Positions 10,297 through 19,420 of a stretch of 64,000 nt of DNA are shown here, one piece after another (position 1 is the stretch's first letter; each line of letters begins with the position of its first letter). The notes beneath the pieces are model-generated. The model was not told the DNA's origin. It saw only the letters and a program-made list of their open reading frames with translations, and made no database searches. A program made the position numbers and the translations under genes. This DNA comes from Candidatus Humimicrobiia bacterium (lineage in GTDB: Bacteria; Actinomycetota; Humimicrobiia; JAHJRV01): contig JBARXA010000006.1 of NCBI GenBank assembly GCA_049647085.1, forward strand, positions 2,670 through 66,669. The letters run 5' to 3'.

Positions 10297-10364
10297 ATTC
10301 AAAAGAAATTAAAGAAAAGAATCAGATACAGGAAAGAAAAAATTTATAACAGAGTGAGTAAGAT

Positions 10365-11576
10365 TTGAAGTTATTAAACATCGCTTTAAAAGAAGTAAAA
10401 ATTACTTTCAGAGATAGGATGGCACTACTTATTCTTTTAGCAATGCCATTTATCCTAATGACTATAATGAGTATGGCATTGGGCGGATTATTTTCAAAAG
10501 GTCCAGAGCTTTCAAAAATCGAAGTTGCAGTTGTAAATTATGATGATGGTAAACTCTCGGAGGATTTCATTGAAGAGATATTAAAAGGAGATGAGTTATC
10601 AAAACTTTTAGATGTTATAGAAATGGACAAGAAAAGAGCAATGCATTTAGTGAAAATTGGTGATATTTCATCGGTAATTATAATTCCTTCTGATTTCACA
10701 TCTCAAATAATGAAAAACAAATTCACCGAGATCAATATCTACGGTGATCCTGGTCAGGAGATAAGAGCATCAATAATAAGAAGTATTACTAATGCATATA
10801 CAAATAAAGTTTCTTCGATAATGGTTGGTGTTGGTACAGGATGGGAATCATTGACTAAATTAGGTAAAAATACAAATCAGACTGAAATTGCAATGTATAT
10901 ACCACTCATGATTAACGAGATGATTGACAAAGATGTGGAGAACCTGATAAAAATAGAGGAGGAAAATACCTCTCAGAAGGAAAGCATGAGCTCAATGCAG
11001 TATTATGCTGCAGGTATGTCGACAATGTTTGTTCTTTTCTCTTCAATGTTTGGTGCAGACTCAATTCTTAAAGAAAGAGATGACAAGACACTTGCAAGGC
11101 TGCTTTCTAGCCCATTAAAAAAACATTCAGTTTTAGGTGGAAAACTTCTTGGTATTTTTATAATAGGAATAATGCAATTTACTGCTTTTATATTTGCTAC
11201 TAAATTGATATTTAATGTAAATTGGGGTAGATCAATTATTGGATTAGTTCTTTTACCTAGCTCTACAGTACTTGCAACAACCGGGATGTCAATATTCTTT
11301 GCATCAATAGCAAAGACCAGAAATGCTGTTTCAGGTATAAGTCAGATATTTATTCAGAGTATGTCAGCTTTAGGTGGTTCTATGTTTCCACCAAGTTTGT
11401 TGCCACCCTGGCTAAGATTTTTTAGCAACTTTACAATAAACAAATGGTCAATGGAAGGGTTTCTATCTCTCATGAGTGGTGAAGGAGTTATATCCATATC
11501 AAAATCCATCTTTATATTATTGGCGATTGCCTTAATATTTTTTATATTTGGGATTTGGAGATTTTCATATGAGTAA
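10365..11576 (+). CDS. ABC-2 family permease
   Basis: 403 aa, N-terminal TM plus a large extracytoplasmic loop plus a C-terminal 5-TM bundle. Confidence 0.75.
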   Translation: MKLLNIALKEVKITFRDRMALLILLAMPFILMTIMSMALGGLFSKGPELSKIEVAVVNYDDGKLSEDFIEEILKGDELSKLLDVIEMDKKRAMHLVKIGDISSVIIIPSDFTSQIMKNKFTEINIYGDPGQEIRASIIRSITNAYTNKVSSIMVGVGTGWESLTKLGKNTNQTEIAMYIPLMINEMIDKDVENLIKIEEENTSQKESMSSMQYYAAGMSTMFVLFSSMFGADSILKERDDKTLARLLSSPLKKHSVLGGKLLGIFIIGIMQFTAFIFATKLIFNVNWGRSIIGLVLLPSSTVLATTGMSIFFASIAKTRNAVSGISQIFIQSMSALGGSMFPPSLLPPWLRFFSNFTINKWSMEGFLSLMSGEGVISISKSIFILLAIALIFFIFGIWRFSYE

Positions 11577-11594
11577 AACCATATAACATTAAAT

Positions 11595-11616
11595 TGTCAT
11601 TACGAGTCAGGATCTA
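11595..11616 (+). repeat. short variant of family-1 repeat (GTCATTACGAGTCAGGATCTATTC), central hairpin deleted
   Basis: Matches the outer arms of the 10262 copy. Confidence 0.5.
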
Positions 11617-11649
11617 TTCAGATTAACAAAAAGGAATGTAATTTTAAAA

Positions 11650-12855
11650 ATGAGAAAAGCATTTGAAATAGCACTGTTAAACTTAAAGCTCTTATTTAAG
11701 GATAAGATGTCTCTTATGATGATGTTTGTAATTCCATTATTTATGACAATGATTATGGGTCTTGTATGGGGAGGAATGGGTGAGAATAGACTAAAAGTAA
11801 TAATTGTTGATGAGGATAAATCAAATTACTCCTCTATGTTTACGGATATATTAAAAGAAGATGAACTTTTAAGTGTAATAAAAGATAATAAGAAAGACGC
11901 TATAGAAAAAGTAAGGAAGTCAAATGTTGAGTCAGCAATTGTAATTCCAAAAGATTTCGGAGATAAAATAAAAAGAGGTGGTGGAGCTAAATTAACAGTA
12001 ATAAAACTTGAGACATCAACGAGAGTATTTGTAGTTTTAGAAGTTGTGAGGGGTGCCATTAATAGGATAGCTACCAATTATTACACAGCAAATATGTCTA
12101 TAGATTATTTAAATAAGATTGGAACAACCGCTGAAAGTAATGAGGAAAATCTGTGGAAGAAAGTTTTCAAAGCTGCTCATGAGAATTGGAAACCAGCTTC
12201 ACCTGTTAGAGTTATTTTTGAAAATGTTGTTGCTTCAGAAGTAAGAGGTAAAAAAACTATAGCCAGTGGTTTTTCTCAGGGATCGTTGGGTTATGCAGTT
12301 ACATTTATAGGGTTTGTTTTAGTAGGTAATTCAGCAACAATAATGGAGGATAAGATTAAAAGAACTTTATTTAGGCTATTAAGTACACCAACTTACAAAA
12401 GCTCATATATTACTGGAAAAATATTAGGCTCAATTTTTGTGGGTATATTTCAGTTTACAATTCTAATTTTAGCGGGTAGATATTTATTTGGTGTTAGATG
12501 GGGAAGGGATCCATTAGGATTAATTCTGTTAATGGGTTCATATATAATATGCGGAACATCAATGGGAATCATGTTAGCATCGTTGGTAAAGACTATTGAC
12601 CAGGCCCATTCAATAGCTCCAGTTATTATGATGAGTATGGCTATGTTGGGTGGATGTTTCTGGCCAATAGAAGTTGTTCCCTCATATATGCAAACAGTTG
12701 CAAAATTTACCCCAACAGGTTTAACAATGAAAGGACTCACTGACCTTATAGTAAGAGGTTTAGGATTTCAAACTGTTATTACACCCAGCCTTACTCTACT
12801 TGGTATGTCATTAATATTCTTCACCCTTGGCATCTATTTCCTTCGCCTTAAATAG
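11650..12855 (+). CDS. ABC-2 family permease (paralog)
   Basis: Same architecture as 10365-11576. Confidence 0.75.
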   Translation: MRKAFEIALLNLKLLFKDKMSLMMMFVIPLFMTMIMGLVWGGMGENRLKVIIVDEDKSNYSSMFTDILKEDELLSVIKDNKKDAIEKVRKSNVESAIVIPKDFGDKIKRGGGAKLTVIKLETSTRVFVVLEVVRGAINRIATNYYTANMSIDYLNKIGTTAESNEENLWKKVFKAAHENWKPASPVRVIFENVVASEVRGKKTIASGFSQGSLGYAVTFIGFVLVGNSATIMEDKIKRTLFRLLSTPTYKSSYITGKILGSIFVGIFQFTILILAGRYLFGVRWGRDPLGLILLMGSYIICGTSMGIMLASLVKTIDQAHSIAPVIMMSMAMLGGCFWPIEVVPSYMQTVAKFTPTGLTMKGLTDLIVRGLGFQTVITPSLTLLGMSLIFFTLGIYFLRLK

Positions 12856-12904
12856 GTGTCAGATCTCGACATGTAGAATAGGTGTCAGGTCTTGACATGA
12901 GACA
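12850..12904 (+). repeat. tandem pair of hairpin units (AATAGGTGTCAGATCTCGACATG / AATAGGTGTCAGGTCTTGACATGAGACAT)
   Basis: Two adjacent near-identical units. A third copy is at 37511-37535. Contains TTGACA. Confidence 0.6.
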
Positions 12905-13010
12905 TATTAGAATTATTAAATAGAAATTTCTCTATCTCCTCAGCCTTTTTATTTGGGAACACATTTTGTGATAAATTGATATAATATTTATAAATAAGTG
13001 AAATAAACTT

Positions 13011-13101
13011 GGAGGAGTGCAGGAGTGGCCGATCTGGCGATACTGGAAATATCGTAGGCGGTGAAAGTCGCCTCGTGGGTTCGAATCCCACCTCCTCCGC
13101 C
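13011..13101 (+). tRNA. tRNA-Ser (anticodon GGA), class II with long variable arm, encoded CCA
   Basis: Acceptor stem GGAGGAG/CTCCTCC, U8, 3-bp D-stem with GG in the loop, anticodon stem CGATA/TATCG with loop CTGGAAA, variable stem GGCG/CGCC, T-arm GTGGG-TTCGAAT-CCCAC, then G-CCA. Confidence 0.85.
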
Positions 13102-13315
13102 AATTTTAAAATAAAGTGCTTTTCACCAAAATCCCCTCCATGCAATTTATACTTCAAAACTAAAAGAAAAATATTATAGAGTCGATTGTTTTCATGTTCC
13201 TATTTTATGTCTATTTCAATTGACTTTGAATATTTTAAATAATTCTCCAATCTGTTAAAATTAAAAAAGTCTATTTACAAGGTAATTTTCTACATTAATA
13301 TATAGGAGAATTGAT

Positions 13316-13606
13316 ATGGGAAAAACAGATCCGATCTGCGGGGAAAAAGGAACAATAGAAGCTTACAGTCATTATTTTTGTAGCAAAGAATGCATTAGTA
13401 TATATGAAGAAAAATATAATATTAAAAGAGAAAGAGATTATATTACTGGTGCTAAATCAGAAAAATGGTATAGGGAAAAAACTTTTTTAGTTATTCTTTG
13501 TTTAATCTGGGGTAATATAGGTAAGAAAGTTGCTATTTGGCTTCCGATTATAACAGTTCCTCAAATCCTTATCTTAGGATATCTATTCAATAATTTCTTT
13601 AAGTAA
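13316..13606 (+). CDS. YHS/TRASH-like zinc-finger domain fused to a C-terminal membrane segment
   Basis: DPICGEKGT...YFCSKEC pattern. Confidence 0.4.
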   Translation: MGKTDPICGEKGTIEAYSHYFCSKECISIYEEKYNIKRERDYITGAKSEKWYREKTFLVILCLIWGNIGKKVAIWLPIITVPQILILGYLFNNFFK

Positions 13607-13685
13607 TAATGGAGAAAAAAGTAATTTATTAGTTAATTTAAAATCGGATATTTCTAATTTGGTATTATATAGATTTTTATAAATA

Positions 13686-13715
13686 TTGACAAATAATAAA
13701 TTTTTGATTTAGAAT
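13686..13715 (+). promoter_or_regulatory. sigma70-like promoter (TTGACA - 18 nt - TAGAAT)
   Basis: Hexamers at 13686-13691 and 13710-13715. Confidence 0.45.
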
Positions 13716-13723
13716 TTTACCCA

Positions 13724-13905
13724 ACAATAGAAAATTTAATAATTTGCTGAATTCAAAAGAAGCGGAGGAACCATCTTTTTGGGGTGAATCTTGCAAAAGC
13801 AAGTAGGGTTAAAGTCTTTCGATCCAAACCCGTCAGCTAACTCCGTAAGCATTGAGAGATGTTCATCTGGTCACTGATGGTTTCTCCAGTGACTTTATTT
13901 TTTAA
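13724..13905 (+). ncRNA. candidate structured leader or small RNA ending in an intrinsic terminator, immediately 5' of the HEAT-repeat gene
   Basis: GC-richer than the flanks, with local hairpins such as CTTGC-AAAA-GCAAG. It is bounded by the 13686 promoter and the 13870 terminator. No known riboswitch consensus was recognised. Confidence 0.35.
13870..13905 (+). terminator. intrinsic terminator (GTCACTG-ATGGTTTCTC-CAGTGAC then TTTATTTTTT)
   Basis: 7-bp perfect stem plus a T-run, 5 nt before the ATG at 13911. Confidence 0.6.
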
Positions 13906-13910
13906 TAGAT

Positions 13911-14816
13911 ATGAACATGAAGACATTTAATTTATTTGAGCCAAATATAGAAGAAATGATAAAAAGAAAAGATGTTATAGGTTTGATAAAAAGCTTAAAA
14001 CATAAGGATTTTGTCGTACGGAGGCATGCAGTATGGGCTCTTGGAAATATAGGGGATACAAGAGGTGTGGAACCTCTAATTCAAGCTTTAAAAGATGAAC
14101 ATGTCTTTGTTCGAGGAGCAGCAGCATTAGCTCTTGGATTAATGAGAGATGTAAGGATATTAGAACCTCTTATTCAGGCTCTCAAAGATACAAATTTGTA
14201 TGTTAAATCAGCAGCAGCATTGGCTCTTGGGAATATAGGAGAACCAGCAGTAAAACCACTAATTAAGATTCTCAAAGATAAAAACTTACATGTTCAAGCA
14301 GCAGCAACAGAAGCCCTTGGAAGAATAGGGGAGCCTGCAGTAGATTCTCTAATTCAAGCTCTGAAAGATGAACATACCTTTGTTAAAGCAGCAGCAGCAT
14401 TAGCTCTTGGATTAATAAAAGATGTAAAAGCAGTAGAACCATTAATTAATGCCCTTAAAGATAAAGATAAAGATGTACGAATAAGTGTAGTAGAAGCTCT
14501 TGGAAAAATAGGGGATTTAAAAGCAGTAGAACCATTAATTCAGACCCTTAAAGATGAGGATGCGGTTGTTAAGAGATACACAGCAGAAGCTCTTGGAAGG
14601 ATAGAGAATGTAATAGCAATTGAACCTCTAATTCAAGTTCTTAAAGATAAAAATTTGTATGTTCAAGCAGCAGCAACAGCTGCTCTTGGAAAGATAGGAG
14701 AACCGGCAATAGAACCTTTAATTCAAGCTCTAAAAAACAAAGATGAGGATCTTCAGAGGGCAGCTAAAAGGATTTTAATTAGAATTAGAGCAAAGAAATC
14801 TAAGAATGATAGGTAA
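13911..14816 (+). CDS. HEAT-repeat protein (PBS-lyase HEAT-like repeats)
   Basis: About nine tandem 31-aa repeats (EPLIQALKD.. ..VR..AA.ALG.IG). Confidence 0.8.
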   Translation: MNMKTFNLFEPNIEEMIKRKDVIGLIKSLKHKDFVVRRHAVWALGNIGDTRGVEPLIQALKDEHVFVRGAAALALGLMRDVRILEPLIQALKDTNLYVKSAAALALGNIGEPAVKPLIKILKDKNLHVQAAATEALGRIGEPAVDSLIQALKDEHTFVKAAAALALGLIKDVKAVEPLINALKDKDKDVRISVVEALGKIGDLKAVEPLIQTLKDEDAVVKRYTAEALGRIENVIAIEPLIQVLKDKNLYVQAAATAALGKIGEPAIEPLIQALKNKDEDLQRAAKRILIRIRAKKSKNDR

Positions 14817-14830
14817 ATTTTTATAAAGAG

Positions 14831-14865
14831 ATTGCCACGCCACCCTCGGTGGCTCGCAACGACAA
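14831..14865 (-). repeat. family-1 REP-like repeat (ATTGCCACGCCACCCTCGGTGGCTCGCAACGACAA)
   Basis: GCCACC-CTC-GGTGGC perfect hairpin. Reverse complement of the 10262 type. Confidence 0.7.
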
Positions 14866-14925
14866 CTAAAGAAATCTAAAAATGATAAGTGAATTTTATA
14901 ACTTAAACAAAATAAGGTAAGAAAT

Positions 14926-16122
14926 ATGAAAAGAGAAGAAATATTACAGAATGCAAAGGGTTATTGTTTTTTCATTGGATTAAATGATAGTGGAGCAGAA
15001 TTATGTAGAGCTAATACTGTTTATGGCATTGCAGCAATTCATTACATTCAACATCAACTTGGTATGAGCCCAAATGCTACTTTTATTGCTTCACCAGATA
15101 TGACCATTACTAGAAACACAAATAGATGGAAAAGCGGGTTTGGATATGGAGGGAAGATAAGCTGGGGAGAAGGGGAAGATGAATTAATTATTCTTAACAC
15201 AAAGCCTAATGCATGTGGAATGCTTGTTGGCGGATTAGATAAATTACCCGATATTGAGGTTTTAATTAGAAAGCTACATAAGATGGAAACGAGTAAAATA
15301 CAGATGGATGGTGTTACATTGAAATGGGACTTTTACAAAGGAAATCACTTTATAGATATATTTGAAGTAGAACCCGTTGCAAAATTTGATATAAATCTAC
15401 CTCCATATGCTTTTGTAATACACGGATCTGCTGATGAATTTAGAGGGGATAATAAATCAGGTTTTGGAATATATTATGATAAGAGCAAACAATTGTATAA
15501 TATGGCAGAACGTATTAAGACACCTTTTGGAACTTTTAATATCCTAACAGGTAATGATGCTAAAAAGTATTTTGAAAAATATAATTATGTTGAGGATTTT
15601 GCAAAAAAGAAAAGGAGAATGGGTGCTGAACTCTTGTTTGAAGAATTCACAGAAATTTCTAATGAAATGCACCAAGGTCTTATAAATATAAATGAGATAA
15701 TTTTGGGTTGTCATTATTTAAGAAACTTAAATACACTTTTTTCAATAACACTAAGAGGAGATTTACCTGCCTATTTAGTAAAAGGTAACCCAAATTTGAG
15801 TCCCCAAAGTATAGAGTTATTAGGTTTTGAAAAAAGAGCAAAAAGATTGGGGGTTTATGATAGGCTTATAAATGCTAACATAATACCCCATGGTGGAGGA
15901 TATGTCTTTCCTGATATTTTAACTATAAATAAAGTGATAGAAGTTGAGAGGAAAAGATACTTTGAAGTTGAGATGCAAAACGATAGAGGTAAGAAAATCA
16001 TATCAGAAGTGCGGGAGTTAGCTTATGAATATAGAGGACGGAATGTAGTGCTGCGCGCTTTAGAAATTGGAATAATAGATATTGTAGCTAAGTTGATTCC
16101 ACAATATGTCTTAAAAATATAA
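14926..16122 (+). CDS. divergent RtcB-family RNA ligase-like protein
   Basis: 398 aa. NACGML resembles the RtcB GCGM Cys motif, KGNHFIDIFEV resembles RtcB GGGNHFIE, and IHGSADEFRG resembles RtcB HGAGR. It is shorter and divergent versus canonical RtcB. Confidence 0.45.
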   Translation: MKREEILQNAKGYCFFIGLNDSGAELCRANTVYGIAAIHYIQHQLGMSPNATFIASPDMTITRNTNRWKSGFGYGGKISWGEGEDELIILNTKPNACGMLVGGLDKLPDIEVLIRKLHKMETSKIQMDGVTLKWDFYKGNHFIDIFEVEPVAKFDINLPPYAFVIHGSADEFRGDNKSGFGIYYDKSKQLYNMAERIKTPFGTFNILTGNDAKKYFEKYNYVEDFAKKKRRMGAELLFEEFTEISNEMHQGLININEIILGCHYLRNLNTLFSITLRGDLPAYLVKGNPNLSPQSIELLGFEKRAKRLGVYDRLINANIIPHGGGYVFPDILTINKVIEVERKRYFEVEMQNDRGKKIISEVRELAYEYRGRNVVLRALEIGIIDIVAKLIPQYVLKI

Positions 16123-16144
16123 AGATTAAACAGTTGGCTATGTA

Positions 16145-16564
16145 TTATTGTCTTATATAGTAATTTACCTCTTTTACGAAATCTGTGTAAAGCTTTATTG
16201 CTTCTTTGATGCTACTGTAAACAATATCATCCTTTATCTCATCATATTCGTGAACTAATCTATTTCTCAAACCAGCCGAGGGAGCTAATTTTTCTCCCAA
16301 TTGCTTTGATATTAATCCAATTTCAATAGCTTTTATAAATGAGTCATAATAATCAGTTGGTGGATTTTTTCCAATCTCAACAATAACATATGAATTTATA
16401 TCAGTTGCTACTTCTGCAAGTAATAAAATTAATCTTTCAACTGCTCTTTTTTTGATAAAATCTCTTTTGTATTCTTCAAAAGTAATGTTAGAAAAAGTTT
16501 TTAATTCCTGTATATAATTTTTTATTTTTAGTAGCTTGCTTAATACAATATCTTTGTTTATCAA
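16145..16564 (-). CDS. hepT: HepT (DUF86) RNase toxin
   Basis: 139 aa with the Rx4HxY motif in RNRLVHEY. Confidence 0.8.
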   Translation of the reverse strand: MINKDIVLSKLLKIKNYIQELKTFSNITFEEYKRDFIKKRAVERLILLLAEVATDINSYVIVEIGKNPPTDYYDSFIKAIEIGLISKQLGEKLAPSAGLRNRLVHEYDEIKDDIVYSSIKEAIKLYTDFVKEVNYYIRQ

Positions 16565-16630
16565 TTAATCCTCTTTATTTAACATAAGTAAACTGCTCTG
16601 TCTTGTGTAAGACGCTTCCCAGTAAAAAAT

Positions 16631-17287
16631 TCAAATTTTATTTTCCAATAAAAAGTTTTTAATACTTTTTTGATATAAATTACGAAATTTTTTTGTATCC
16701 ATATAGTACTTTAATGACTTTATTTTAAAATTATCCAGTATTTCCTTCTCTCTCTCAAATATTGCCGTTCCTTTAGTGGCTACCTCATATTTGAGTATTG
16801 GATTTGCTCGATTAAGAATTACTAAGTCAATATTATCCATCTTTAATAGTCTAACAAGGTCAGAGGAAATATCTAAAAGTAATTCTGAATATTTGTCTTT
16901 ACCTGTATCAGTTTTAAGAAGAATTCCAATATCCAGATCACTTAAAATTGTTGCATTATCAGTAGAGTAGGAACCAAATATAAAGGACGCAATTACCTCA
17001 GGACTGTTTTTAAAATAAATTCTAATTATTGAAAAAAGCTCAGCTTTCTTTTCTTTAGATATTTTTTTAATTTTTTCTACCGTGATTGTTTCTTTAGCTT
17101 CTGAATAAATGAGACCTTTTTTTTGTTCAACTGCCATATCTTTATCTCTTCTACCCATGTATTCTCTTAATGACTCTCTGATTAACTCACTTCTTTTTCT
17201 ATGTTCTTTTTTTGAGAATTCGTCAACCCTTGATAGAAAATCTTTTGGGATGGTTATATTAATTCTCTTAGCCATATTTATCACCAA
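16631..17287 (-). CDS. MNT (minimal nucleotidyltransferase) antitoxin with an N-terminal RHH DNA-binding domain
   Basis: N-terminus MAKRINITIPKDFLSRVDEF...SELIRESLREYM (RHH). GS-x10-DLD NTase motif (GSYSTDNATILSDLDIG). Immediately upstream of hepT. Confidence 0.75.
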   Translation of the reverse strand: MVINMAKRINITIPKDFLSRVDEFSKKEHRKRSELIRESLREYMGRRDKDMAVEQKKGLIYSEAKETITVEKIKKISKEKKAELFSIIRIYFKNSPEVIASFIFGSYSTDNATILSDLDIGILLKTDTGKDKYSELLLDISSDLVRLLKMDNIDLVILNRANPILKYEVATKGTAIFEREKEILDNFKIKSLKYYMDTKKFRNLYQKSIKNFLLENKI

Positions 17288-17611
17288 AATCTATTTTTAG
17301 TTTATTTAAATCAATACTACTATAATTTTATAAAAAAATCAATATAAAATACACATAAAGTGTGTATTTATTAATTTTAATGAAGTATCTATATCTAAAT
17401 TGGTATTTTCTATTTTAATGATTTAAATTACTTTTAATAAGAAATTTTTAAACTTCAAAAATGTATTTCGCTTAATATATACTTATAATTAACAAAAATC
17501 GTGTAGTTAGAAAAAATAGTGCAATATTGAAAATTTCAAATTGACTAACTTAGAATGTTAAATATTAAGATGTTAAATCACTTATACCATCTTAAGTGAA
17601 GGGAGATTAAT

Positions 17612-17770
17612 ATGAAAAAAGAAAACAAGATAATTGCAGTTTGTGGTTTAAACTGTAGCAAATGTGACATTTTTGAAGCAACAAATAATTCAAAGGTAGC
17701 ACAGCAAATTTCAGATTGGTTTAAAGAAGAAAAAGATACACTAAAGCTTTGGAGCAACTTAGCAAGATGA
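17612..17770 (+). CDS. DUF3795-family fragment (52 aa), truncated paralog of 1920-2279
   Basis: GGGAG RBS. MKKENKIIAVCGLNCSKCDIFEATNN... then stops after the first CxxC pair. Confidence 0.45.
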   Translation: MKKENKIIAVCGLNCSKCDIFEATNNSKVAQQISDWFKEEKDTLKLWSNLAR

Positions 17771-17814
17771 AATCTAAATAATAACCGGAATTTCAAATTT
17801 AAAGGGGAGTTTTA

Positions 17815-18174
17815 ATGTTAGACATGAACAGAATGATAGAAATCATAAAAAAAAATCAAGATTTTAAAAAAGTAGGAATGATTCTTTGTCATAACGGAGT
17901 AGTTAGAGGATATTCCAAGGACGGAAAAAAAGTAAAAGGATTAAAAGTAAAATTAGATAAGGTTAAACTAAAAGATTTAATTAATAGAATTAAAAAGAAA
18001 CCAGGAATAATTGATGTCTTAGTAAATATAAGAGAGGGAGAACTATCAATTGGAGAAGATATCATGTATGTAGTAATTGCAGGTGATATCAGAGAGAATG
18101 TTTTCCCAGCTCTTGAAGAAGCAGTAAACAGTATAAAAAGTTATGTAATAAAAAAAGAAGAAGAAATCTTCTAA
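17815..18174 (+). CDS. MoaE-like (molybdopterin synthase large-subunit family) protein
   Basis: GMILCHNGVVRG ... VLVNIREGELSIGEDIMYVVIAGDIRENVF ... IKKEE parallels MoaE VTFTGKVR ... VIHRIGEL.PGDEIVFVGVTSAHR ... FWKRE. Confidence 0.45.
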   Translation: MLDMNRMIEIIKKNQDFKKVGMILCHNGVVRGYSKDGKKVKGLKVKLDKVKLKDLINRIKKKPGIIDVLVNIREGELSIGEDIMYVVIAGDIRENVFPALEEAVNSIKSYVIKKEEEIF

Positions 18175-18289
18175 TATTAGTATAAATAAAAGAGGATTAA
18201 ACTAAAATGAACATTCGAAAAATCCTTTTTTAAATAAATGAAATAATATATATTTTTAATAGAAATATTAAATTTTGAGGAAAGATTCA

Positions 18290-19420
18290 ATGTAATATAG
18301 AAAATTAGGAAACACAGGTTTGGATGTTAGTGTAATAGGATTGGGAGCAGAATATCTGTTTTACCAAGATAAAAATACAGTTGTATCTGTAATAAATAAA
18401 GCTATTGATAATGGCATCAACTATATTGATATAGTTTTTAATATTACAAATTTCCTTGATAATATATCTGCTGGAATCAAGGGTAAAAGAGAGAAGATAA
18501 TCCTAACCGGACATTTAGGTTCTGGTGAAAAGAATGGAAAATATTACAAGACTTATAAGGTTAAGCAATGTGAAGAAATATTTAATAAACTGCTTTCTAA
18601 ATTAAACATTGATTATATTGATATAGTCAATTTACATAATGTAAGAAATGAAAATCAGTATAAGAAAGTAATATCCTCAGGTGGTTTATTAGATTTTGCT
18701 CTTCAGTTGAAAGAAGAAGGTTTAGCACGTTTCATTAGTATTAGTACACACGATATTTCAGTCGCAAAAAAGGTAGCAAGAAGTGGAAAAATAGATGTGA
18801 TAATGATTCAGGTAAATTTAGCAAACAATGCAATGGTGGGAAGAAATGAGATGTTAGCTACGTGTGCAAGGAAGGCAATTGGTCTTGTTGCTATGAAGGT
18901 TTTTGCTGGAGGAAAGTTGCTTCAGAGAAATAGAACAGTTAATATTGCTGCCTGGCGAACAGGGGGAATGAGACTTAAGAAAAAGATTTCTCCATCTATA
19001 ACTCCTATTAAATGTATAAGTTATACCCTTTCACAAGTAGGTGTTTGTACAGTTGTACCAGGGGTTAAAAACGTTGATGAGCTAAATGATGCTATTGATT
19101 ATTTAAATGCAACTGATGAAGAAAAAGATTTTTCTGAACTGTTAACTGATTTTAATGAATATATTACAGGAGAATGTGTTTATTGCAATCATTGTCTTCC
19201 ATGCCCATCAGATATAGATATAGGTCAAATGATACGATTATTTGAAGTTGCTAAACAAGAGTTAACTAAAGAAATTCAGAATGAATATAACAAGCTTCCA
19301 GCAAAAGCATCAGATTGTAATGAATGCGGAGTGTGTATAGAAAGATGTCCATTTGAAGTGGATGTCATTTCAAAAATGAAACAAATTAGAAAACTATTTG
19401 AATTAAATAATCAGATATAA
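18290..19420 (+). CDS. aldo/keto reductase fused to a C-terminal 2x[4Fe-4S] ferredoxin domain; ATG at 18290 is followed by an in-frame TAA (alternative TTG start at 18320)
   Basis: GAGGAAAG RBS then ATG TAA TAT AGA AAA TTA GGA AAC ACA GGT TTG = M*YRKLGNTGLDVSVIGLG, the canonical AKR N-terminus. CVYCNHCLPCP and CNECGVCIERCP cluster motifs. Confidence 0.8.

Noticed and set aside
12885-13157. 90-aa minus-strand ORF
   Set aside because: Completely overlaps the tRNA-Ser gene on the opposite strand.
13911-14816. HEAT gene internal periodicity as a DNA tandem repeat
   Set aside because: Repeats are conserved at the protein level with diverged nucleotide sequence. This is an ordinary repeat protein.
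17578-17796. 72-aa minus-strand ORF
   Set aside because: Antisense to the RBS-supported DUF3795 fragment (17612-17770).
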